Assembly: GCA_963674705.1 (NCBI GenBank)
Contig: OY771506.1
Span: 5,184,001 to 5,248,000 of the forward strand
DNA: 64,000 nucleotides
Direction: 5' to 3'
DNA from: Phycisphaeraceae bacterium
Lineage (GTDB): Bacteria; Planctomycetota; Phycisphaerae; Phycisphaerales; Phycisphaeraceae
This document shows positions 19,984 to 28,681 of the stretch, one piece after another; the stretch's first letter is position 1, and the number at the start of each line of letters is the position of its first letter. The notes beneath the pieces are model-generated. The model was given only the letters and a program-made list of their open reading frames with translations, was not told the origin of the DNA and did no database searches. The position numbers and the translations under genes are program-made.

Positions 19984-22900
19984 TTGTTCACCCGTCATTA
20001 TCTTGCTGTAGCTGTGGTGGTCTGTGGTCTGGCTGCGGGTCTGCCCGCCCTGCTCGCCGATGAGGGAGAACCGACCGCTTCAGAACTCTACGAACAGGGA
20101 ATACTTCTTTACGAAGGTGGTCAGTTAGAAGCCGCAAGAGATGTATTCCATCGCGTCGATGCGATGCAGCTTCCCAAAGACGCGCGGCTGAAGTTCTACG
20201 ACGCGCTCAAGAGCATCGACATGGCTCTCGGCGCCGCACCGCAGGATGCTACTGAAGCAGAAGCCGCCGAAACCAAGGTCGAATCAAACGTCGCTGAATC
20301 GGCGGAAGAAGTTGCCGCGACCGAACCTGTCGAAGCCAAGCCCGTCGCTGCTGAACCGATCGAAGACATCAAGCACCCGACACAGCTTCTGTGGGAAGCG
20401 GACATGGCGATGTCTGACAACCCGGCCCAGGCCGCGGTGCTTTACCAGGCCGTGATTGATGATTCACGCAGCGATGCGTTGACCGTCTCGCAGGCCAAGG
20501 CCCGCATCAAGCAGGCCCAGCGTCTGGCGACGCCGAACATCGAAGCCGCCCGCACGCATCTGGATCAGGCGGAAGCCGCGGTCAAGGCCAAGAAGTATGC
20601 CGAAGCAAAATCACTGGTGAACATGATTCAAGCCAGCGATGTCGAGCTTGGCTGGCGTGAAGCGGCCCGTCTGGATCGCCTGGCTGCCACGATCGAAAAG
20701 AACGCCGACAAGATTCAGCCCGCCCCCCGCGCAGAAGCGGTGACTGAAGAGAAGGATCTGGCCTCCGTGCCGGTCGCGACAGTGGTGGATGCAACCGAAG
20801 ATGTCGCACCCCCGGCCGAAGAAAAGATGGCTGAAGCCGAAACCGAATCGCAGATGCCGTCGGACGACCTGCTGCGTCAGGTGCGCTTAGGCTACGCCCA
20901 GCAGAAGGCTGTCGAAGCCGACAAGGCCCAGACGGAAGGTCAGCTGCGTCTGGCGATCGACCTGTACAAGCAGGCGATGGAACTGGACCCGGAAAACAAG
21001 ACCTATCAGCAGAAGCACGCCAGCGCGGTAGCGCTACAGAACAAGAGCCTGGTGCCGCAGGGTCTGGTTGAAGACATCCGTCATCGTGACATGATCAAGG
21101 CCCAGGAAGTCAAGGCCGAGTTCGAGGCCTCGATGAATCTGGCGCGTAGCCGTATGGCTGAGAAGAACTTCGCCGCGGCGTTTGATGCCGCCGCCGACGC
21201 GAAGGTGATCCTGGACCGCAACCAGCGGTTCCTGGCCCCCACCGAGTACAGCAGCCTGCGTAGCGATGCCGAATCGCTGAGCGCCCAGATCGAATCCGCC
21301 CGCGCTTCGGCTACCACCGATGCGATCAAGGCTCAGGAAGATGAGCAGGCGAAGAAAGAAGAGCAGGCCCGTATCGAAGCTCAGGCGAAGAAGGACAAGG
21401 AAATCCAGTCGCTGCTCAAGCGTGCCCTGGAACTACAGCGTGACATGAAGTACGACCAGGCCTTGGACCTGCTGGATCAGGCCCTGTTCCTGGACCCCAA
21501 CGATGTGGCCGTCAACGCGATCAAGGAAATGATCGAAGAGACGCAGATCATTACGCATGCCCGTGATGTGTATCGTCGCCGTGACCTGGGCATCGCACGC
21601 CAGAGCGTCATCAATGACGAAGCATCAATCCCGTACGAAGAAATCCTGACCTACCCGGCCGACTGGCCCCAGATCACCTACACCCGCCTGTCCGACCTGG
21701 ACAGCTCCGGCGGTGAGTCCGAAGCGGACCGTCAGGTCTCCGCCAGCCTCAAGAACCCGGTGCCGATCAACTTCGAAGCCAACCGGCTGGCCAACGTCAT
21801 TGACTACCTGCGTAACACCACCGGTGTGAACTTCTTCGTGAACTGGCCGGTGCTCGAACAGGCCGGCGTCGATCAGGACACCCTGATCTCCCTGCGTTTG
21901 AACAACGTCCCGGCCGAGCAGGCCCTGCGTCTGGTCCTCCAGCAGATCGGCAGCGAGTTCGATCCGATCGGCTTCTCGATCATCGAAGGCGTGGTCAACA
22001 TCTCGACCGTCCGTGACCTGGCACGCACCACCGACACACGCGTCTATGACATCCGCGACCTGCTCGTGCAGGTGCCGAACTTTACCAACGCCCCTCGCTT
22101 CGACCTGTCTGAAGCTCTGAACAGCTCCGGCGGCGGCGGTGGTGGCGGTGGCGGCGGCGGTGGCGGCGGCGGTGGCGGCGGCCAAGGCATCTTCGGCGAT
22201 ACCAATGAAGATGAAGAAAATGCCGCCCCGACACGTGAAGAGTTGATCACACAGATCACCACCCTCATCACCGAAACCGTCGGCGACTACAACGAGTGGT
22301 CCATCAACGGCGGCGACGTCTCCAGCCTCGACGAACTCAACGGCAACCTCGTCGTTAAGACCACCCCGGACAACCACCGCAACATCGTCGGGCTGCTCGC
22401 CCAGTTGCGAGAGATCCGTTCCGGTCAGATCTCCGTCGAAGCACGCTTCCTGCTTGTAGATGAGAGCTTCCTTGAAGAGACCGGTTTCGACTTTGACTTC
22501 CAGATCAACGACATCGGTTCGAGCTTCGGCCCGATCCGCTTCGCTCAGGACAGTGTCTCCCTCGCAGATGCCCCGACGACATCCGTCGGATCAAGCCCCT
22601 TCTCGACCATTCAATCGGGCGCAACCGGTCCGGGCACCTTTGTCCCCGGCCTCGGCTTCCAGCCGTCCACCGGGCGGGCCATGGACTTCAGCGTTTCGTT
22701 CCTGGAAGACATTGAGGTCAACCTGTTGGTCAAGTCCACACAAGCGAACCAGCGCTCTCTGACGCTGACCGCCCCGCGTGTGACGATCTCCAACGGCCAG
22801 CGAGCCTACGTCGCGGTCGCGACCCAGCGTTCGTTCATCAGCGACCTCGAACCCGTGCCTGACGCCGCAGGCTTCGACGCCACCCTCAGCTACTTCCAGA

Positions 22901-23385
22901 CAGGTGTGGTGCTGGATGTGGAAGGCACCATCAGCGCCGACCGCCGCTATGTGACCCTGACGCTGCGTCCGAGCCTGGCAAACCTCGTCGCGATCCGTGA
23001 GACCAGCATCATCGGTACGCAAACCAATACCGGTAATGATAATAATAATAATACAGACAGTAATACGTTCTTCGGCACGATTGAACAGCCTGAAATCGAA
23101 ATCACCATCGTCGAAACCACCGTCACGATCCCGGACCAGGGCACGCTGCTGATCGGTGGCCAGCGTCTGGTGGGTGAAGTCGAGATCGAAGCGGGCGTGC
23201 CTGTGCTGTCGAAGATCCCCGTGCTCAGCCGCTTGTTTGCCAACAACGCGACCGCCAAGGATCAACGCACCCTGCTGATCCTGATCAAGCCCTCGATCCT
23301 GCTGCAGTCGGAGATCGAAGACGAACAGTTCCCGGGCCTGATGCAGGACCCGACACGGTTCAACATCAGCAATCAACTTCGCTGA
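19984..23385 (+). CDS. Large secretin (type II/III secretion outer-membrane channel family) with TPR/coiled-coil N-terminus
   Basis: Signal peptide, TPR-like helices, STN-like domain, TRVYDIRDLL, QISVEARFL, TAPRVTISNGQRA, VPVLSKIPVLSRLF, LLILIKP; TTG after GGAGG. Confidence 0.88.
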   Translation: MFTRHYLAVAVVVCGLAAGLPALLADEGEPTASELYEQGILLYEGGQLEAARDVFHRVDAMQLPKDARLKFYDALKSIDMALGAAPQDATEAEAAETKVESNVAESAEEVAATEPVEAKPVAAEPIEDIKHPTQLLWEADMAMSDNPAQAAVLYQAVIDDSRSDALTVSQAKARIKQAQRLATPNIEAARTHLDQAEAAVKAKKYAEAKSLVNMIQASDVELGWREAARLDRLAATIEKNADKIQPAPRAEAVTEEKDLASVPVATVVDATEDVAPPAEEKMAEAETESQMPSDDLLRQVRLGYAQQKAVEADKAQTEGQLRLAIDLYKQAMELDPENKTYQQKHASAVALQNKSLVPQGLVEDIRHRDMIKAQEVKAEFEASMNLARSRMAEKNFAAAFDAAADAKVILDRNQRFLAPTEYSSLRSDAESLSAQIESARASATTDAIKAQEDEQAKKEEQARIEAQAKKDKEIQSLLKRALELQRDMKYDQALDLLDQALFLDPNDVAVNAIKEMIEETQIITHARDVYRRRDLGIARQSVINDEASIPYEEILTYPADWPQITYTRLSDLDSSGGESEADRQVSASLKNPVPINFEANRLANVIDYLRNTTGVNFFVNWPVLEQAGVDQDTLISLRLNNVPAEQALRLVLQQIGSEFDPIGFSIIEGVVNISTVRDLARTTDTRVYDIRDLLVQVPNFTNAPRFDLSEALNSSGGGGGGGGGGGGGGGGGGQGIFGDTNEDEENAAPTREELITQITTLITETVGDYNEWSINGGDVSSLDELNGNLVVKTTPDNHRNIVGLLAQLREIRSGQISVEARFLLVDESFLEETGFDFDFQINDIGSSFGPIRFAQDSVSLADAPTTSVGSSPFSTIQSGATGPGTFVPGLGFQPSTGRAMDFSVSFLEDIEVNLLVKSTQANQRSLTLTAPRVTISNGQRAYVAVATQRSFISDLEPVPDAAGFDATLSYFQTGVVLDVEGTISADRRYVTLTLRPSLANLVAIRETSIIGTQTNTGNDNNNNTDSNTFFGTIEQPEIEITIVETTVTIPDQGTLLIGGQRLVGEVEIEAGVPVLSKIPVLSRLFANNATAKDQRTLLILIKPSILLQSEIEDEQFPGLMQDPTRFNISNQLR

Positions 23386-23411
23386 ATCAGCGATTGATAA
23401 TTGGAGATTAC

Positions 23412-23446
23412 GGAGCCCACGTTTAACAAACGTGGGCTTCTTTTTT
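23412..23446 (+). terminator. Intrinsic terminator after the secretin gene (REP-like hairpin)
   Basis: GGAGCCCACGTTTAACAAACGTGGGCTTCTTTTTT. Confidence 0.8.
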
Positions 23447-23575
23447 GCGCCCCACTTTTTTATCACTGCCAACATATCGCTCTAACGTATGTCTGTTTAT
23501 TAGAGCATCTTCCACGCCTCTGTAGCGCCCTTGTACACAAGTGATTATGCTGTGCCTTCAAGCAAGGAGGCTTTG

Positions 23576-23962
23576 ATGAAGGCATACTCGATGGACTTGC
23601 GCAAGCGGGTGTTGGCGGCGTGCGATGCCGGGCACGGCACGCGTGAGGTGGCCGAGCGGTTCTCGGTCAGCGCCTCGTGGGTGCGTCGGCTCAAGCAACG
23701 GCGTCGTGAAGGCGAGGGGATCGCGCCGCGGCCTCAGGGCGGCGACTACGTCAGCCGGTTCGCCGGCAAAGACCTGCAGCGTGTACATGCGATGCTCAAG
23801 CAGAAGCCGGACACGACGCTGGATGCGTTGCGTGTGCGTTGCGAGCGTGAGTTGGGCATCCGTTGCGGGCTGGGCACGATGTGGCGGACGGTGCGTTGGA
23901 AGCTGGGGTGGACGTTTAAAAAAAGTCATTACGGCCCAGCGAGCAGGACCGCGCGGATGTGA
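23576..23962 (+). CDS. IS630 transposase OrfA (HTH)
   Basis: MKAYSMDLRKRVL HTH; GGAGG RBS; slippery TTTAAAAAAAG at 23915-23925. Confidence 0.88.
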   Translation: MKAYSMDLRKRVLAACDAGHGTREVAERFSVSASWVRRLKQRRREGEGIAPRPQGGDYVSRFAGKDLQRVHAMLKQKPDTTLDALRVRCERELGIRCGLGTMWRTVRWKLGWTFKKSHYGPASRTARM

Positions 23963-24528
23963 AGCGTCAGCGTGTGAACTTCCGCATCGCCACGCGGTTC
24001 ATCGAGCCTAAGCAGCTTGTGTTCCTGGATGAATCGGGCGCGAGGACGAACATGACCCGCCTGCGGGGCTGGGCCGGACGCGGTTGCCGGCTGGACGCCG
24101 CGGCGCCGCACAGCCACTGGCGTACGACGACGATGCTCAGCGCGATCGGTTGTGAGGGTGTGATCCAACGGGCGACGCTGGCCTTCGACGGCGCGACGGA
24201 TGCGGCGCTGTTCCGCGGCTACGTCGAGCGTTGCCTGGCCCCGGCACTAAAGCAAGGCCAGATCGTCGTGATGGATAACCTGGCGTCGCACAAGGTATGC
24301 GGGGTGCGTGAAGCGATCGAAGCGGCGGGCTGTGACCTGTGGTACTTACCGCCGTACTCACCGGACTTCAACCCGATCGAGAAGATGTGGAGCAAGGTCA
24401 AAGCCCTGCTGCGTGCCGCCGCCGCGCGGACCAGCGACAAACTGATTGAGGCGATCGGTCGGGCGTTGCGTGCGGTATCACTGGACGAGTGCCGCAACTA
24501 CTTCCGCAGCTGCGGGTATGCTACATGA
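23959..24528 (+). CDS. IS630 transposase OrfB (DDE_3), probably fused to OrfA by -1 frameshift
   Basis: VFLDESG, VVMDNLASHK, LPPYSPDFNPIEKMW; -1 frame relative to OrfA. Confidence 0.88.
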   Translation: MKRQRVNFRIATRFIEPKQLVFLDESGARTNMTRLRGWAGRGCRLDAAAPHSHWRTTTMLSAIGCEGVIQRATLAFDGATDAALFRGYVERCLAPALKQGQIVVMDNLASHKVCGVREAIEAAGCDLWYLPPYSPDFNPIEKMWSKVKALLRAAAARTSDKLIEAIGRALRAVSLDECRNYFRSCGYAT

Positions 24529-24543
24529 GATTGGAAGACGCTC

Positions 24544-24632
24544 TAGCCGCATTGCGACGCAATGCGGGCAGTGTAGATGCACTGAATTGAAGCACGCAGG
24601 CTTGCGCCGACCCGACCAGGATGGTCGGGCTA
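24544..24632. repeat. Family A REPIN-like pair abutting the IS630 right end
   Basis: TAGCCGCATTGCGACGCAATGCGGGC ... CCCGACCAGGATGGTCGGGCTA. Confidence 0.75.
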
Positions 24633-24671
24633 TACGGGGGAACGGACACACCGTAATGATCAGGCGATATG

Positions 24672-25799
24672 TCAGTGATACATCCGGCGTCGGCCGCGGC
24701 TGTCCATGGCGGCCAGGAGGATGATGATCGAGAGGGTTTGGCCCGCGGCGAGTAGCGCCTGCCATTGTTCGAGCGAACCAAGCATCACGCCGCTTAACCC
24801 ACAAGACAAGGTGCAGCACCAGACGACCAGTACAGCCCTTCTCTGACTCAGGCCCCTGCGGACCAGACGGTGCGAGAAGTGGTTGTGATCGCCTTTGAAC
24901 GGGCTGAGGCCCTTGGATAAGCGGATAAGCGTGACACTGGTCAGGTCATACAAAGGAATCGCCATAACCATCAAGGGCATCAACACGCCGTACCAGTGCC
25001 CCACCGTGTCGGCAGACGAAGTGGGGTCGAAGTAGGTCGTGCGGATGGAGATGACGGCGAGCGTTCCGCCGATGACAAGTGAGCCTGCGTCGCCCATAAA
25101 GAGTCTTGCGGGCGGGAAGTTGAAGGCCATGAAACCGAGCAAAGAACCGGCCAGCAGCGCCGCCAGCGCGGCGACGAACCACTGTCCGCCGATGAGCGTG
25201 GCGGCCAGGTAAAGGCTGGCAATGATCAGCCCGACCCCCCCACTCAGGCCGTCCATGTTGTCCAGGAAGTTCATGGCGTTGATGATGACGACGATCCAGG
25301 TGACGCTGATCGCGACACTGGCTGCCATGCCGAGTTGGCCATAGGAATCGAGGAATCGCAGTGCGCGGATGTTGCAGAGGGTGGCAAGCGCCAGCGCGAC
25401 CAGCACCTGCACGCAGAGCTTGATGCCGGGGCCCAGCGATCGGCGGTCGTCGATCAGGCCCATGACATGCAATACACAGATCGCGGTCAGCACGCCGCCG
25501 CCCATGGAAGTCGTCGCCCGCAGGCCCGGCAGGTGTGCGGCGACGGCGGGCATCCGGGTTTCCCACCACTCGAAAGGCACGAGCCAGACGCCCAGCAGGC
25601 ACGCCGCCATCGGAAATACGAGACCCGCAAAGATCGCGACGCCACCCGTGTTCGGCACCAGACGCCCATGACGTTTGTGCCTCTCAGTGCCCGATTCGTC
25701 GACCAGCCCGAGCTTACGGCTGGCGGTCAGCATCAGACCCGCCAGGGGGAAACTGACCACGAACGACACGCCGATCATTAACAGGCAAATCCAGACCAT
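24672..25799 (-). CDS. MraY/WecA/TagO-family undecaprenyl-phosphate sugar-1-phosphate transferase
   Basis: PNTGGVAIF, GLIDD, NAMNFLDNMDGL, FMGDAGS, DHNHFSHRL. Confidence 0.92.
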   Translation of the reverse strand: MVWICLLMIGVSFVVSFPLAGLMLTASRKLGLVDESGTERHKRHGRLVPNTGGVAIFAGLVFPMAACLLGVWLVPFEWWETRMPAVAAHLPGLRATTSMGGGVLTAICVLHVMGLIDDRRSLGPGIKLCVQVLVALALATLCNIRALRFLDSYGQLGMAASVAISVTWIVVIINAMNFLDNMDGLSGGVGLIIASLYLAATLIGGQWFVAALAALLAGSLLGFMAFNFPPARLFMGDAGSLVIGGTLAVISIRTTYFDPTSSADTVGHWYGVLMPLMVMAIPLYDLTSVTLIRLSKGLSPFKGDHNHFSHRLVRRGLSQRRAVLVVWCCTLSCGLSGVMLGSLEQWQALLAAGQTLSIIILLAAMDSRGRRRMYH

Positions 25800-25864
25800 A
25801 CCCTATTGGATACGCGCGCAGGCTAATAAGCAAACCGGACCCCAATATGCGATAAACTCTTGGG

Positions 25865-26413
25865 ATGGCAGAATACAAAAACAAGCACGGGCGCAAGCCC
25901 GGACGGGGGCTGAGGCCCTGGATCCTGATCCCGAAAGTGTTGTGTGTCGGCGCTGTGTTCGGCGGTTTTTTAGCGGCGGGAACGCTGCTGCATGCAAGCG
26001 ACCCGCAGACCGCAGAGCAGTGGCAAGACCTGATTCGTTCGATGGAGGCGCTGTTCCTGCGGCTGATCGTCCCGGCGGTGTTCGGCGTGGTCGTCTTCGG
26101 CATCCTGCTGCTATGGATGCATTGGCGTGCGTTTCTCGGGATGCGCTGGGTCTGGACAAAGCTGATCCTGCTGTTGATCGCCCTGCCGCCGCTGCATCTG
26201 AGCGGTCGATGGCACCTGCTGCACGCAAGGGCCGCGCTGGGGGAGGGCGATCTGAACCGCGTCGCCACACTGATGGGCCGATTCACGATCACGGTCGACA
26301 TCACGATATTGGCCTTAGCGTTCGTGATCGGGTTCGCCAGGCACAAACCGAGACTCGGTCAGAAGCCGAAGACGGTGAAGCAGCAGCGGGAAGCGAAGGA
26401 AGCCGACGAGTAA
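25865..26413 (+). CDS. Hypothetical 4-TM membrane protein
   Basis: Four hydrophobic segments, WVWTKL and RHKP motifs; TAAACT 6 nt before the ATG. Confidence 0.7.
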   Translation: MAEYKNKHGRKPGRGLRPWILIPKVLCVGAVFGGFLAAGTLLHASDPQTAEQWQDLIRSMEALFLRLIVPAVFGVVVFGILLLWMHWRAFLGMRWVWTKLILLLIALPPLHLSGRWHLLHARAALGEGDLNRVATLMGRFTITVDITILALAFVIGFARHKPRLGQKPKTVKQQREAKEADE

Positions 26414-26563
26414 TCTTTACCGCCTGCGAATATCTTGCTTTTAGCACCAAAATCCTTGATTTATCTGGCATTACAGCCCTTCTCGGTTATTATGTAATAA
26501 GGTGGGGTATGGTCGGTTTACCGGCCAGCGACCTGCTGCGTACCACGATCGCGAGGAGGAATA

Positions 26564-28552
26564 ATGTCTGGAAGGCGTGTTGTCATTGTCGGCCTGCTGG
26601 CCGGGGTATGTCTGTGGCTGTCGGCTGATATCGCGCGGGCGGATAACGGCGGGGACTTCGCCGACTTCCGGGCGCTTTGGGTGAGTCGGTACGAGTACAG
26701 CACGAGTAACCCTGCGGATGTGCAGCAGGTCGTGGCAAACGCGGCGAGCATGGGGATTACGGACCTTATCTTCCAGGTGCGCGGCTCGGGTGATGCGTAT
26801 TACGACTCGAACTTTGAGCCGAGATCGGAACGACTGAGCGGGACGTGGGACCCGCTGCAGACGGCGATCGATGCGGCGCATGGCTACGGCATGAACGTGC
26901 ATGCGTGGATGAACGTGGTGCCGATCTGGAACGGGTCGGATTTACCCGAGGACCCGAGCCATATCTTTTACAACACCGATCCAAGTTTCCGGTTGTATGA
27001 CATCAACGGCGTTGTTGAAGACCCGGCCGATCCTGACAGCGGCGGTTACGCGGCGGCGAACCCGATCCTGCCGGAGTTTCACACGCACATCAACAACGTC
27101 GTCCAGGACATCGTCAGCAACTACGACGTGGATGGGATCCACCTGGATTACATCCGCTGGTTAGGCACGGACAACTTCGACACGCTGCCGCATGATGCGT
27201 ATTCGCATCAGCTTTTCAACCAGGCGACGGGGCTTGATGCGTCGAATTCTGCGAACGCGGATGCGTACATGGATTACATCCGCGATCGGATCACGGATTT
27301 AGTTGCGTCGATCGACAGCACGATCGGCTCGACGGACCCGTCGGTGAAACTGTCGGCTGCGGTGTGGCGTGATGTGGATGTTGGATACAACGATCGGTTG
27401 CAGGATTACAAGACCTGGCTCGAGAACGATTATCTCGACATCGTGATGCCGATGATGTACTTGAGCGAAGAAAACAACATGCTGTACCCCATCAGCATGG
27501 ACAAACTCATGGCGATCGAGACGAACGCCTTGATCGCGCCGGGGATCGGGCTGCCGCGCTATGACAATCCGGATGTGGCGGTAAGCCAGCTATCCAGCGC
27601 CCACGTGCGCGGCGCGAACGGGTCGACGGTGTATTCATATACGTCACTGTTCGAAAACGGACAGGTCGGCGTCGATATGCGCAACGCGATTGTGAACTTC
27701 ATCGATTCGACGGCGCAGCCCGCGGCAATACCGCCGGTGGGCGGGACGATCGTTTCGCTGGTGGATTTTGAAACCGATGAAGGCACGTTCGATAAAAGCC
27801 CGACGTTTGCGGGTACGAACTACGGGATCATCTCCGGCACGGCCGACCGCGTAACGAGCGAAGCGCATGACGGCATCGCATCACAGCGCATCAACATCAT
27901 CGGTGATGAAGACGGTTGGGAATTGAGGCATGTTTCAGGCAGCGCGAATCCCGCGAACAACGTAGTGATCGATGCGGAAGGCTGGATCGGATTCTGGTTG
28001 ATGACGGAGACACCCGGGCTGACGGTGCAGATCGGTCTGGATGATCCATCGTCGGCGGACCGCGGCAGCCCGCTTGAAGTGATCGCGGACGGGCAGTGGC
28101 ATCTGTATCAATGGGACCTGGAAAATCCCGCGCACTGGGAAGGCTGGATCAGCGGCACGGGCTTGATCGATGGACCGACGCTGACGATCGATTCGATCTT
28201 TTTCAAGGGCGCAGGCAACGCGACGTTCTACCTGGACGGCGTGGCGTACAACAATGACGGTTCGCTGACGCCTGAGATTCTCGGCGACATCAACGGCGAC
28301 GGATTCGTCGGTTTAGCCGACCTGGATGTGATCCTTACGAACTGGAACCAGACGGTGCCGGTCGGCGACAAAAGCCAGGGCGATCTCGCGGGCATCGGCG
28401 ACGGGTTTGTGGGCCTCAGCGATCTGGATGTGGTGCTGAACAACTGGAACCTCGGCACGCCGCCGAGCGATCTGGTGTTCATCCCGGAACCGGGCATGCT
28501 TGCGATCTGCTTGCCTGTTTTAACGGCGTTTTCCCTGCGTCGTAGCAGGTAA
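26564..28552 (+). CDS. GHL10 (family-10-like, YddW/DigH type) glycoside hydrolase + beta-sandwich domain + dockerin-like cassette + PEP-CTERM
   Basis: FRALWVSR, IFQVRG.GDAYY, WDPL..AIDAAH, VHAWMN, VDGIHLDYIR; IPEP, TM segment, RRSR. Confidence 0.88.
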   Translation: MSGRRVVIVGLLAGVCLWLSADIARADNGGDFADFRALWVSRYEYSTSNPADVQQVVANAASMGITDLIFQVRGSGDAYYDSNFEPRSERLSGTWDPLQTAIDAAHGYGMNVHAWMNVVPIWNGSDLPEDPSHIFYNTDPSFRLYDINGVVEDPADPDSGGYAAANPILPEFHTHINNVVQDIVSNYDVDGIHLDYIRWLGTDNFDTLPHDAYSHQLFNQATGLDASNSANADAYMDYIRDRITDLVASIDSTIGSTDPSVKLSAAVWRDVDVGYNDRLQDYKTWLENDYLDIVMPMMYLSEENNMLYPISMDKLMAIETNALIAPGIGLPRYDNPDVAVSQLSSAHVRGANGSTVYSYTSLFENGQVGVDMRNAIVNFIDSTAQPAAIPPVGGTIVSLVDFETDEGTFDKSPTFAGTNYGIISGTADRVTSEAHDGIASQRINIIGDEDGWELRHVSGSANPANNVVIDAEGWIGFWLMTETPGLTVQIGLDDPSSADRGSPLEVIADGQWHLYQWDLENPAHWEGWISGTGLIDGPTLTIDSIFFKGAGNATFYLDGVAYNNDGSLTPEILGDINGDGFVGLADLDVILTNWNQTVPVGDKSQGDLAGIGDGFVGLSDLDVVLNNWNLGTPPSDLVFIPEPGMLAICLPVLTAFSLRRSR

Positions 28553-28681
28553 GCACCGACCTGCCGCTCGGTTTTCCGTGCGTTAAGTGGAATTTCCTTG
28601 CATTCCCAAGGCCTCCATTTATTATGTAATTATGGGCCGACTGGGTAATCCGGCCTGTCAGATGATGGCAACGACACACTT

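Larger units (their letters stand above)
23501..24545 (+). mobile_element. IS630-family insertion sequence (coordinates include the flanking TA dinucleotides)
   Basis: Left end TAGAGCATCTTCCA..TGTAGC versus right-end reverse complement TAGAGCGTCTTCCA..TGTAGC; two overlapping ORFs; DDE motifs. Confidence 0.93.

Noticed and set aside
22129..22182. Poly-Gly codon tract as a phase-variation switch
   Set aside because: Mixed GGC/GGT triplets; slippage would keep the reading frame
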